From: Mobula birostris
Taxonomy: Eukaryota
Assembly: GCF_030028105.1 (NCBI RefSeq)
Contig: NC_092380.1
Location: 26,003,144-26,067,143 of the forward strand
DNA length: 64,000 nucleotides
Direction: 5' to 3'
In this document: positions 50,880 through 61,962 of the stretch, piece after piece
How the letters are laid out: each line of letters begins with the position of its first letter
How positions within the stretch are numbered: the first letter of the stretch is position 1
Notes under the pieces: generated by a model
What the model saw: the letters and a program-made list of their open reading frames with translations, nothing else
Database searches by the model: none
What the model was told of the DNA's origin: nothing
Made by a program: the position numbers and the translations under genes

Positions 50880-52090
50880 TTACATTCAGACACAGCTTAA
50901 TGCTGAGAATGCATTCCTTGGAGGTGGAGTGCTAGGTAAATCAGCACTATGCAGGGTCATTACAGCATCATGTAAATGGACATGTGCGCCTGATTTTTTA
51001 AAAAAATCAAACCTAAGACATCTTATTTTATGTATGCACAGTAATTCGTGGAGTGACAAACACGCAAATAGGCCCAATCTGTACATCAGAGGAGCAGCAA
51101 CACATCACTGCAGCAGCTGAGGGAAGCAGGTGGTGGTTACATCTTAGAGGGACCAGGTTGTGGGTCCTCTCTAACTTTGTTAGTAGGAGTCGAGATTTGA
51201 CTGCCTTTTCTTAAATTTCCTCTCACGAAGCAGTTCTTGGTAGCAGGAAATCATGTTGAGAACACCTCTCTTTGCCTTATTGCTCTGCTCTCAGTCAGGG
51301 TCATTATTGATGAACTAACTGCTCTGTGATTTGTGTGATCATGGTGATTCTAGTGCTGAGGAATTTTGTGGTTTGGTTTCTTGCTGGTGCTTCCCCTTCT
51401 CCATCCATGTCCTCAGACTTACCCAGAATGCACTGCTCTGCCAATTCTCACTCACAAGGGTTCCGGCCCGAAACGTCGACTCATCATTTCCACTGATGCT
51501 GCCCGACCTGCTGAGTTCCTCCAGCGTTTTGTGAGTGTTGCTTTGACCCCAGCATCCGCAGATTATTTTGTGTTTATGATCTGCCAATTCTCGAAGCTCT
51601 TCATTATTAAGGCTCTCACTATGAGAATGGAGTAACTCCAACATCGTTACCCTTAACATCCTCTAATCCCGCTTCACTGGCCAGTTCAACAATGATTTGG
51701 ATAACTGGTTCTGCCTGAAATCCTAGGAGTCTCACATCCATGCTAATACTTTTCCTTAACACCTTTGGTGTCTCTGGAACCTCACTGGAGGTTGCAGGCC
51801 ATCTTCCAGACATTATGGTTGAAAAAAACAGAATAAACTGGCGAGGGAGCAAGAACATTTATACATGCGGGGGAGGCAGAGTATGAACTAATATGCAATC
51901 CGCTGTGAATGGTTCAGATCGTATGTAAAGCGCTCTCATTCATTGATTGAATGTTTACTGTATTGGTGGCTGCTCAAGAAGTTTTAAGTGTTGCTTAGAA
52001 TGAATTTTTGTTATTTAAGAAAACTTCAATAAAGAATTGAATATCTGTGCTGTAATGAATCATTGCTACGCGGGGTCTGAGCGTACTGTT
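50880..52090 (-). mobile_element. Probable pogo/Tigger-like DNA transposon remnant with a Penelope-terminus insertion (~51450-51565)
   Basis: Fragments IVELASEAGLEDV..ELLHSHSESLNNEELREL resemble Tigger transposase C-termini; boundaries and TIRs uncertain. Confidence 0.4.
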
Positions 52091-52314
52091 AAAATTTTAT
52101 TTGCAAAACATTTTTCACTTCAATACAACCATCCACAAATCAAATTGATAAGAGTGGAATAAGATTAATGCACCATGCAGCATGAAAACCAAACCTCTGA
52201 AGAGCGCTAACATATCAAGGGCAAGATCAATTTTGTCAGTAAAAGGCACCATGGGTTTACTACATACTGTATTACTCGGATTGCCTTTTTTAGTTCCACA
52301 CTCAATATACTTAC

Positions 52315-52369
52315 ACATCTTAAGCTCATTTTCAACTTCCTGTTGTCTTCTCTCAATCTTCTCACGTCT
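52315..52369 (-). CDS. SNRNP70: SNRNP70 exon 4 (55 nt)
   Basis: ttctgcag|AGA...ATG T|gtaagt; RREKIERRQQEVENELKM. Confidence 0.98.
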
Positions 52370-52849
52370 CTGCAGAAGGAAAATAGCCATAAAAGATACG
52401 AAATGTCATATTAATCATAACACGCAGGAAATTTAACTCAAGTACTTAAAAGCACTTTTAGGAATCAGTAAGTGTTCATCATATTCTTTTAAACTGAGAC
52501 TACTCAATTATGTGGAAGTTTGTTCAGGTTTATCTCCAGAAGTATAAAATGGTCATAAAAATTTTCTAGCAATGACTGAAACTAATGCCAATCTACTTGT
52601 AATGGCTCAGTAACGATGATGCTACGTGAAACAAGTCTCTAAGGCGGCTATGCAAAGGGCTACTTGAACAAATGTTGAAGTCTGTGGCATCACGAGCTAG
52701 TATCACTGGAAAATAAACAAGATGAAATAAGAGTGGCAACCAAAATAACTACAACCAAGGCATTTTTGAAGGTGGCGTTGTTGAAGGTCACTGACAGTCC
52801 ATTCACTGCCACTGCATTCAATCTACAATTAGGATGAACACAAACTTAC

Positions 52850-52912
52850 CTTCCTTTCCATGCGTTCCTCACGCGTTTCAGCTCTGGTTGGAGGTGGGGC
52901 ATCTCTGGGGTC
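52850..52912 (-). CDS. SNRNP70: SNRNP70 exon 3 (63 nt)
   Basis: cctgtag|GAC...AAG|gtaagt; DPRDAPPPTRAETREERMERK. Confidence 0.98.
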
Positions 52913-53693
52913 CTACAGGATGGAAAATGAGCAGATTACACCCATATCAACTGGCAAATTAAAAGCAGTTGTCCACATAGCTCAGGAGCCTGCTTTGCAA
53001 CATCAACACACTGCATTTTGTCCCAATTGTGACCGTCTGCCTCTGACCCACTTTTGAGGAACAGTTCAAAAGCCTCACAACCCACCTATTCCAGGTAGAC
53101 ATGGCTAATAAACAAACAAATGGCTTCCAAAGTAGCAATGCCCTGGATTAAACATGGAGATTGATACTGCCCCAAGAGCACAATACCCAGCATTTACACA
53201 CAGGACCAAGATTCTAATACACCTTACATATGTAATCACTCATTATTCAGAGCTTTTTAAAATTCTTCCTGCCATAATAGTCATAGCCATACTTTATTGA
53301 TCCCGAGGGAAACTGGGTTTCGTTACAGTTGCACCAAGCAAGAATAGAGTATAAATATAGCAATATAAAACATAAATAATTAAATAATAATGTAAATTAT
53401 TGCCAGATGGAAATAAGTCCAGGACCAACCTATTGGCTCAGGGTGTCTGACCCTCCAAGGGAGGAGTTGTAAACTTTGATGGCCATAGGAATGACTTCCT
53501 ATGACGCTATATTCCATCTCTCAACTTTTACCCATTCACTTTTCTGTATTTCTGTGCAAACTGCTTATGTCTAATTCATAACCTTACCAAATGCCATTTC
53601 ACCATCTCAGTATGCTTACCAAGCCCAAAGTGAATCTACCAGATTCTACCCATACCTAATGGGCAATCCAGAGCCAGTTCCACCATGAGCAGC

Positions 53694-53867
53694 CTACAAC
53701 ACCCCAAACAACAGGAATTCTGCAGATGCTAGAAATTCAAGCAACACACATCAAAGTTGCTGGTGAACGCAGCAGGCCAGGCAGCATCGACTGCACCTCT
53801 TCCTACAGATGCTGCCTGGCCTGCTGCGTTCACCAGCAACTTTGATGTGTGTTGCTACAACACCCCA
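53694..53867. mobile_element. Palindromic Penelope-terminus / MER6-like insertion with perfect 49-bp arms and 13-bp TSD
   Basis: Arms 53740-53788 / 53808-53856; ctacaacacccca at 53694-53706 and 53855-53867. Confidence 0.85.
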
Positions 53868-54417
53868 TCCTGGCCCCAACCCTCTAGCCCCATTCTTCTA
53901 ATGGTACCCCCTCCGCCACCACAGCAGTAGTGCTTCTCCCTCTCATGATGCCCTCCCTCCTCTATCACAATTCCCACCCTCACAGACACCCCTTCTCCCA
54001 GGTTCAACCTCACCCAATACACCAGCATTCAAAACCCCACGATTCCCCCCCAAGCCCAATGCACCCACCCATAACAACCCCACCCCCTATTCCCTACATT
54101 CCATTTCCCTTGCTCTCACCATGACACCTCAATGTCCCCACCCCCATCCACTACCCCGAGGCCCACCTCACCCTCTCCCAAACCACACCTCTTTCACTAT
54201 ACCCAACCCCTCCTCCCATCACCCCTTCCCCAATTCTATTCCTCCCCATTGTCCCCTCCCACTCCCTACCCTCTCCCCAGCACTCATCCTCCTCTTATTG
54301 CCCCAACCCCTATTCCGTTCTCCCCTCCCCCCATGTCCCCATCCATCCCCCTCCTTCGCACCCCCACCCCGGCTCCACATTCCCATCCCCGTGGCCCCCT
54401 CCCCTCAGTTTCCCTAC

Positions 54418-54564
54418 CTCGAAGTGGCGGACGAACCGCGCAATGCCCGAGTACGGCTGGCTGTGCTGCTTCTCGTGCGGCAGCTTCTCGAGCGGCGGCA
54501 GGTAGGGCACCGGGTCCCGCGGCGCGAACAGCGCCAGCAGGTTCGGCGGCAGGAACTGGGTCAT
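54418..54564 (-). CDS. SNRNP70: SNRNP70 first coding exon (147 nt)
   Basis: gcaccATG; [49 protein letters not shown]; GAG|gtaggg. The nine exons sum to 1395 nt = 464 aa + stop. Confidence 0.98.
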
Positions 54565-54669
54565 GGTGCCTCACACACCGGGGCCGGTAACCCCGCCGCT
54601 AATCAGGGCCCAGGTAATCACAGCTAACTAGTATAATCCGCCAACCCGAGCACCGCCTGACCTCGGGGA

Positions 54670-55140
54670 AACAAAATGGCGGCGCTCCGCTACACCGCAC
54701 GCAGCCGCCGTATCACTGCGCCTCACAGCAACAATCTTCAGCCATTGACCCTCTCTTTTTATAGACACTGCATTAAATCTAGATTTACTGCCAGTGTGCG
54801 TATATATAACACGACTTTCAGTCAAAGACTTTTCTTCGCTTAATTTCCCTTAATTAGTTGGGAACTATATTTTTCCTCCTGGGATGCGGAAGAGCACAAC
54901 CCCTTTCGCTTTGAAAATCAACCTCTCCAGTATGGCGCGCGTGATCAACCGGAAAGCCCGCCTTTCCCCACAGTTGATTGGTTACAGTAGAAAAGCCGTC
55001 CTCCCTTGCTTGACGATTGGATAAAGTGCATACCAATCGCATAACGTTGCATACGTAGTACTATGATTGGCTGTTTTCCGTGTCCATTACTAGCGGATCG
55101 CGCCCTGGTTGTTAATTGGTCTGCAGTATTGATTGACAGG
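54670..55140 (-). promoter_or_regulatory. SNRNP70 CpG-rich promoter: YY1 site, TATA-like box, CCAAT cluster, ETS site
   Basis: GCCGCCATTTT ~54673-54683; TATAAAAAG 54763-54755; CCAAT/ATTGG at 54977, 55016, 55033, 55066, 55115; CCGGAA ~54949. Confidence 0.7.
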
Positions 55141-55829
55141 TCGTCACCTGTTCCTTTGTTTCAGCTCCAGTCATTAAAGGGAAAGTCCACAACGTGGTTT
55201 TGGAATTAAAGAGACATTTTTCATTTTAAAAAAGCGTCCTGCAGGTCAATCCAATCGACAGTAGTGTATAGGCGTAATTAGCAGCTAAGTTGCAAAAAGC
55301 AGGGCTCACAAACCAAATAAATCAATCATTGGTCACAACCTGAGAACAACTCGCACACTTTTAGATGGTGGAGTTGGTTATTATTGTCCCGTGTACCGCG
55401 TTTCAGTGAAATCTTGCTTTGCGGGTCAGGGCTATTATACCACCAGCTACTTAGGTTCAATTCCCACAACACTGTCTGTAAGGCGCTTATTAAATTTCCT
55501 CTGTGACCAGGTCGGTTTCCTCCGGGTGCTCCAGTTTCCCCTCACATTCTGAAGCTGAACAGATTAGGAAACTCCTTAGAGACTGCGGCAGGAATTAAGT
55601 CTGGTTTGCTGACAAGCAATGTGTTAACCACTATGCTACCGCACCTTTTGTGCCGCACCTAAGCACAAAAGCATACGTCACCGTGAGATATATTTTCTTG
55701 TGGGCATTCACAGATGATACAAAGGAACACAACAGAATCAATGACAAAGACAAGAAACCAATGTGCAAAAGATGACAAATTGTGCAAATACAAAAATACA
55801 ACAAATAATCACTGAGGATCTCACGTGGT

Positions 55830-56410
55830 CTGTACATACTAGCTATGTGGTGAAAAACGCACAACAGTGCCTCTTTCACCTCAGACAGTTGAAGAAGTTT
55901 GGTATGGGCCCCTAAGTCCTAAGAACTTTCTATGGGGGCACAACTGAGGGCATCCTGACTGGCTGCATCACTGCCTGGTATGGGAACTGTACTTCCCTTA
56001 ATCGCGGGGCTCTGCAGAGAGTGGTGCAGACAGCCCAGCACATCTGTAGTTGTGAACTTCCCACTACTCAGGACATTTACAGTGACGGGTGTGTAAAAAG
56101 GGCCCGAAGGATCATTGGGGATTCGAGTCACCTCAACCACAAACTGTTCCAGCTGCTACCATCCAGGAAACGGTACCGCAGCATTAAAGCCAGGACCAAC
56201 AGGCTCCGGGACAGCTTCTTCCACCAGGCCATCAGACTGATTAACACTCTGGCACAATTGTATTTCTATGCTATTTTGACTGTCCTGTTCTACATACTAT
56301 TTACTACAAATGACTATAAATTGCACATTTAGACAGAGACTTAACGTGAAGATTTTTACTCCTCATGCATGTGAAAGATGTAAGAAATAAAGTCAATTCA
56401 ATTCAATTCA
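55830..56410 (+). mobile_element. Rex1/Babar 3' end
   Basis: LFQLLPSRKRYRSIKARTNRLRDSFFHQAIRLIN; tail (aattc)n. Confidence 0.8.
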
Positions 56411-57419
56411 AATAATAAATATTTATATTGTTGAGTCCCTGAAAGGGAGACTGGTGCAATTCTACACTGCCATCATGGCGAATCTCCTCACATCAGCCAT
56501 TACCGTCTGGTTTGGTACAGCGTCCTCTCACAACATACACAAACTCGAGCAAACTGTCCAGGCGGGAGAAAAGGTCATTGGCTGCAGTCTACCATCACTG
56601 TAGGACTTGTCTGGGTCCAGGACAAAGAAATGAGCAAGAAAACTTATTGCAGACACTGCCTGCCCTGCAAACCGCCTTTTCCAAAAGCTCCCTTCCAGAG
56701 GGTGCTTTTGGGTCATTAAAACAAAAAACTTCAGACCATCCTAAAAGTTTCCTTCCAAAGTTCAAAGTAAATTTATTATCAGCGTACATACATGTCATCA
56801 CACACAACCCTGAGATTCTTTTTCTGCGGGCATACTTAGCAAATCTATAGAACAGTAACTGTAAACAGGATCTGTAAAGTGTAAACATCAGGAACTGTAA
56901 ACTGTAAACAAACTGTGCAAATGCAGTTAATAAATAAATAGCAATAAATAATGAGCATGAACTAACAAGATGAAAATGTCTTTAAGTGAGTGTAGTTACC
57001 CTTTTTGTTCAACAGTCAGATGGTTGAGGGGTAGTGGTTGTTCTTGAACCTGGTAGTGCGGGTCCTGAGGCACCTGTACCTTCTACCTGCTGACAGCAGT
57101 GATAGATGTTGCTTTTACACAGCAATGTTTCATGAAGATGTGGTCAGTGGTGGGGAGGGTTTTACCTGTGATGTACTGGGCTGAATGCATTACCTTTTGT
57201 AGGATTTCCCACTCAAAGGCATTGGTGTTCCCGTATCAGGCCATAATGCAGCCAGTCAGCACACTTTCCACACACACCGATAGAAATTTGGCAAGGTTTC
57301 TGATGACATGCCGGATCTCTTCAGACTCCCGAAGAAGTAGAGGTGCTGTCGTGCTTTCTTCACAATAATATTTTTTCCTTAATTTTTTTTATATATAGGC
57401 TGATAATTGCATTCTTTCT

Positions 57420-58125
57420 TTCTTTTTCCAATAATTTTATTGATTTCTATATAGAAGAATACAGAGACCAAGAGAATACATATTATAAAACAAAAGAAAA
57501 AATATAATAATACTAGATACAGTATATTGAATCACATTAACAAACTCCTTACTCTATATTCATATAGATTAGATTAATTCATATATTAGAATATAAACAA
57601 TTTTATTAAAAAACAATCTACACCCACTACCACAGTCGAAGCTGTTTGGGAAAAAAAAGAAAAAAAAAACTTATCAGATAATAAAATATACTATTAACCA
57701 ACTTCTGTACTTTAACAAGAAGTCAAAGATTATGAAACTAATTTAAAAACGGCCCCCACAAATTTTGAAAATCTTGGTTATATTCAGAAATTGAACGACG
57801 AATCTTTGCTAAATTTAGGCATGCCACAACATCCCGCAACCACTGAGCATGATTAGGTGGAACAGCATCCTTCCATTCAAACAAAAGCGCCCTCCTAGCC
57901 ATAAGAGAGATAAAAGCCAGAATGTGCAGACCAGATATCTTCAAAATGATATCTTTCCTTCCAACAATACCAAACAGGGCAGTCAAAGGATTAGGCTTAA
58001 AATTTACTTTAAGGAGTACAGAAAAAGTTTGGAATACTTCCTTATAATATTTTCCAAGACTTGGGCACGTCCAAAACATATGAATAAATGAAGCTTCTCC
58101 ATTGTTACACCTATCACAGTAGGGA
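57420..58125 (-). mobile_element. L1/Tx1-type LINE 3' end
   Basis: HMFWTCP..ALFG..ARRALL..WK..PP..W...WGPFL ORF2 C-terminus; AATAAA and A-rich tail. Confidence 0.75.
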
Positions 58126-59250
58126 GATGTATCATAATATTTCTATGATGGGTCCAGGACAAGTCCTGTGAGACAGTGACACCTAGGAATTTGAAGTTAC
58201 TGACCCTCTCCACCTCTGATCCTCAGGTAGTTAACCGATCGACAATTCTAATTAGCCCTCCCTACCCCCTCTATCTATTACTCCATCACTGCACTCTAAA
58301 CACTTAAAACCACTTTGTACAAAGCTGTTTACATTGTAAATACATGCTAGTATTTATGCACTTATTATTTCATACCCCGTACTTCTAACTTTATATAATT
58401 CTTTACAATTTTTTCAGTTGTTTTTGTAGCATGCTGTTCCTAACCAGCACAGCAAAGTCCGAGTACATGGTTGTAAATGTATTTCGCAAATAAAGTTGAT
58501 CTGGATCCTTCATAGATGTCACCTGATCTACTGAACATCTCCAGCATTTTCTGTTTTTAACCTGGCCGAGGATTTTACAGCTTTAGTTTTGCAACCCACT
58601 CCAGTTTTCTCTACCTTTCCAACAAGTTTCAGAGGAGAATTGGAATCAGGTTAATTATCACCGGCTTATATGACATGAATTGTGTTGTTCTGTGGCACCT
58701 GCTTGGTGCAAAGGCACGTAGTTACTCCAAACTACAAAGTAAGGAATGCAAAATAAAAAGAACAATGAAGTTGTGTTCGTGCAATGTTCACAAATCTGAT
58801 GGTGGAGGAGAAAAAGCTAAAAAGTTAAGTGTGTGCCTTCAGGCTCCTGTACCTTCTCCCTGATGTTACTAATAAGAAAAGGACATGCCCTGAATGGCAA
58901 GGGTCCTTTAAGATGGATGTTGTCTTTTTGAGCAACACCTTTTTGAAGTTGTCCTCAATGGTGGGGAGGCTAGTGCCCAACATGGAGCTGGCCATCAACC
59001 TTCTGATCCCGTGCATTGGCATCTCCATACCAGACGGTAATGCAACCAGTCAGAATGCTCCCCATGGTATAGCTGTAGACATTTGCTAGGGCCTTTAGAG
59101 ACATGTTTCGTAACTTCAGAAACTAATTGAAAGAAAAAAAAGGGGAGTTGGGGATAACGTGTCCAATTTGTTCTGCTTTAGTGAGGCAAGTGCATATGAC
59201 ATGGTGGTGTAATGACGTATGCCATTCACATACTTTTACATATAACCTGT

Positions 59251-59663
59251 CTTCTCCGTGGATTGTGACCTTGTTGCGGTGGAGAAGCTTGTGTGGTCTT
59301 GTGATCTGAGAGCGATGCCATCTGGAGCTATGCTCCTGGTAGGGTCACCCATGGCGGTAAGGTCGAGGGTGAGGTCCCTGACAAAGAACAATCCAACCAA
59401 GACCTCAACGGTGGAACAGGTGGACAAAGTTACTTCAAACTCAATGGCTGTGAAGGCGGATGAAGGCTGCAACAAATCCATCAGCTTCAATCATCCTGGT
59501 TTCCACGCCATTGGAATTAGTTGGTTGATTTGTGAAGTATTGTGTGCTTCTTGGAGTGCAACATCAAGTACATGTTAAACAAATACACACACAGGCATCT
59601 TCGCTCTGTGGGCCACTTCTTCAGAACAAAGACCATCATCCTCAACCTCGAGGGATAGCCACG
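59251..59663 (+). mobile_element. Non-autonomous RTE-derived element with 13-bp TSD
   Basis: acatataacctgt at 59238-59250 and 59664-59676; RTE-like 5'UTR. Confidence 0.75.
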
Positions 59664-59819
59664 ACATATAACCTGTAATGAACAATGAAAGCACACAATG
59701 CTTGATCAATCAATATATTTACAATATCACTCAAACATTATTGAGATATTAAATACACGACTCTCTGTTTAGCTAGAAACTCCATCTTAATACAGAATGC
59801 ATCTCAACACAAAATATAA

Positions 59820-60480
59820 TAATAATAAAGTACTTTATTGATCCCAAGTGGGAAATTCTTTCATTACTGCAGCAACATCTACAAACACACTTAGCAGTGT
59901 GCAAACTTAACTAATAATAAAGTACAGAATTATAATATACACAATAATAATTTAGCAATGTGCAATAATAATGTACAAAATAATAAAACAGAGACTATTG
60001 TACTATGATGTGTGTTCCGTCACACAGGATGAACCGTTGTATATTTTTACTGCATTTGGTAGGAAAGATTTTCTGTAATGATCCTTGTGACGGCAGAGCT
60101 GAATGACTCTGTTCCAAAGGGTGCTCCGCTGATTATTCAGTAGGTCATGGAAAGGATGTGCCAGATTGTCGATAACAGATAACAGTTTGAGTAACCTCCT
60201 CTCCACCACTAACTCAAAAGAGTCCGGGTTGTAGCCAAGGACGGATCCATCCTCCTTGATGAGTTTATTTAGTCTTTTTGCACCACCAGCACCGATGCTG
60301 CTCCCCTGATGCCTTGGTTGTTGGTTTTCCAGTCAAGTCTGTTGTCGAGCTCACACCCAAATATCTGTACTCCTCCACCACCACAACTTCTTCTTCCAGA
60401 ATGTATACAGGACTCATCACAGTCCTCCTCCTCCTAAAATCAATCACCATCTCCCTGGTTTTGGTCACATTCAGGATGTA
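59820..60480 (-). mobile_element. Rex1/Babar 3' fragment
   Basis: TKTREMVIDFRR..YRYLGV; HPFH..YRKSFLPNAVKIYN. Confidence 0.75.
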
Positions 60481-60689
60481 ATATATTGTAACATAATGTA
60501 ATTTATGTAATGTATTGCTCTCTAGTTATCATTTATACGTAAGGGGAATCACTTTGTTTGGCAGATGAGACCTGCGTCTGTGAAACAATCTCAGGTCTGA
60601 GGCCTCCTCCACGGTGGTTGTGGCAGTTGACTCTGGGACTGCGGGAAATATTTCTGACAGGTCTCAACACCTTTCTTCTCTAACAATAT

Positions 60690-61335
60690 GATTTATGATT
60701 ATGAGGACATGCAGTCCCCTTTTATTGTTATTTAGTAATGCATGCATTAAGAAATGATAAAAATGTTTTTCCAGAATGATATCATGAAAAACACATGACA
60801 AAGCGACTTAAAAACTAACAAGAACCACATAATTATAACACATAGTTACAACAGTGCAAAGCAATACCATAATTTGATAAGAACAGACCATGGCACAGTA
60901 AAAGTTTCAAAGTCTCTCGAAAGTCCCATCATCTCACGCAGATGGTAAGCCTCCAGCTCCGCCAACTTGCCGGTGCAGCATCCTGGAAGCATCCGACCAC
61001 AGTCCAACTCTGAGTCCATCTGAAAAACTCCGAGCCTCCGACCACCTATTCGACACCGAGCACCATCTCTGCCGAGCGCTTCGACCCTGGCCCTGGCAAC
61101 AGGCCATACGCAAAGCCCAGGATTTGGGGCCTTCGTCTCCGGAGATTCTCGATCGCACAGTAGCGGTGACAGCGAAGCAGGCATTTCAGAAGTTACTCCA
61201 GATGTTGCTCCGTGCTCCTCACGGCTGTCTCCATCAAATCTGAATTGTGCACAGCCCCTAGTTACACATGCGATATCATTCAGAACGGCCGTGCGCGCTG
61301 TGTCGCGCCGCCATCTTTTCCTCCCTTCTCCTCCT
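60690..61335 (-). mobile_element. Short non-autonomous LINE derivative (AAGATGGCGGC 5' start, microsatellite tail)
   Basis: CpG-rich 5' part starting gaaaagatggcggcgc, 3' aataaa..(aatcat)-like tail; interrupts the Gypsy element. Confidence 0.5.
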
Positions 61336-61962
61336 CAATAGATTCTGCTCTCTTCAACTGACCAATGTGTCATCTCCAGATGACATCAGATGTAATCTCC
61401 ACTGTGTGGGATGGTCCAGTTCTGTCCGTAATCTTTCCAAGTACCTACTTCTGATCTCCTCTGTAGCCCCTCACCAGTACAGCTTGCCCAGGAGTGAAAC
61501 ATCAAACCTCCTTGGTTGAGGAGCCCTCAGTTGTTTGTCTTGCATGCTCCTTCTGAGATTGGGCTTGAGAAGATCCAAGGGACAACCCAGGAACAGCGTA
61601 GCTGGTGAGTTGCCGGTTGTGGAGTGCGCTGTATTGTGATATGCAAGGAGAAGATTGGTGAGCTTCTGATTCAGTGTTAACATACTGTGTTCTGCGGACA
61701 TTGTTTGCAGTGCGTTCTCTAGACTCTGGACAAAAATCTCTCCCAAGCCATTTGTGGTGCAGATGTAATATGTCTTATACCATTAATTTTCAGGAATGAC
61801 TGAAACTGTTCCACAAAATACTGTTGTCCATTGTCACTGACTAAGTGTTCTGGACCACCAGTCCTTGAGAAGAGGCTTCTTGATGTGTGAGGCTGTAGTG
61901 AGGCTATTGGGAACACTTCTGGCACTTTGAGCTCTTCCCACTACTACCAAGACATTTGTGCC

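Larger units (their letters stand above)
59150..61960 (-). mobile_element. Gypsy (Mag-like) LTR retrotransposon 3' part: integrase remnant and 3' LTR, with nested insertions
   Basis: LVSDNGQ..F..FLKINGIRHITSAP; LLAYHNTAHSTTGNSPA; LTR (~59762->59150) homologous to the LTR at 61963. Confidence 0.75.

Noticed and set aside
53930-54627. Proline-rich + strand ORFs (168 and 152 aa)
   Set aside because: Product of the C-rich tract and antisense of the GC-rich first exon; no domain signal.
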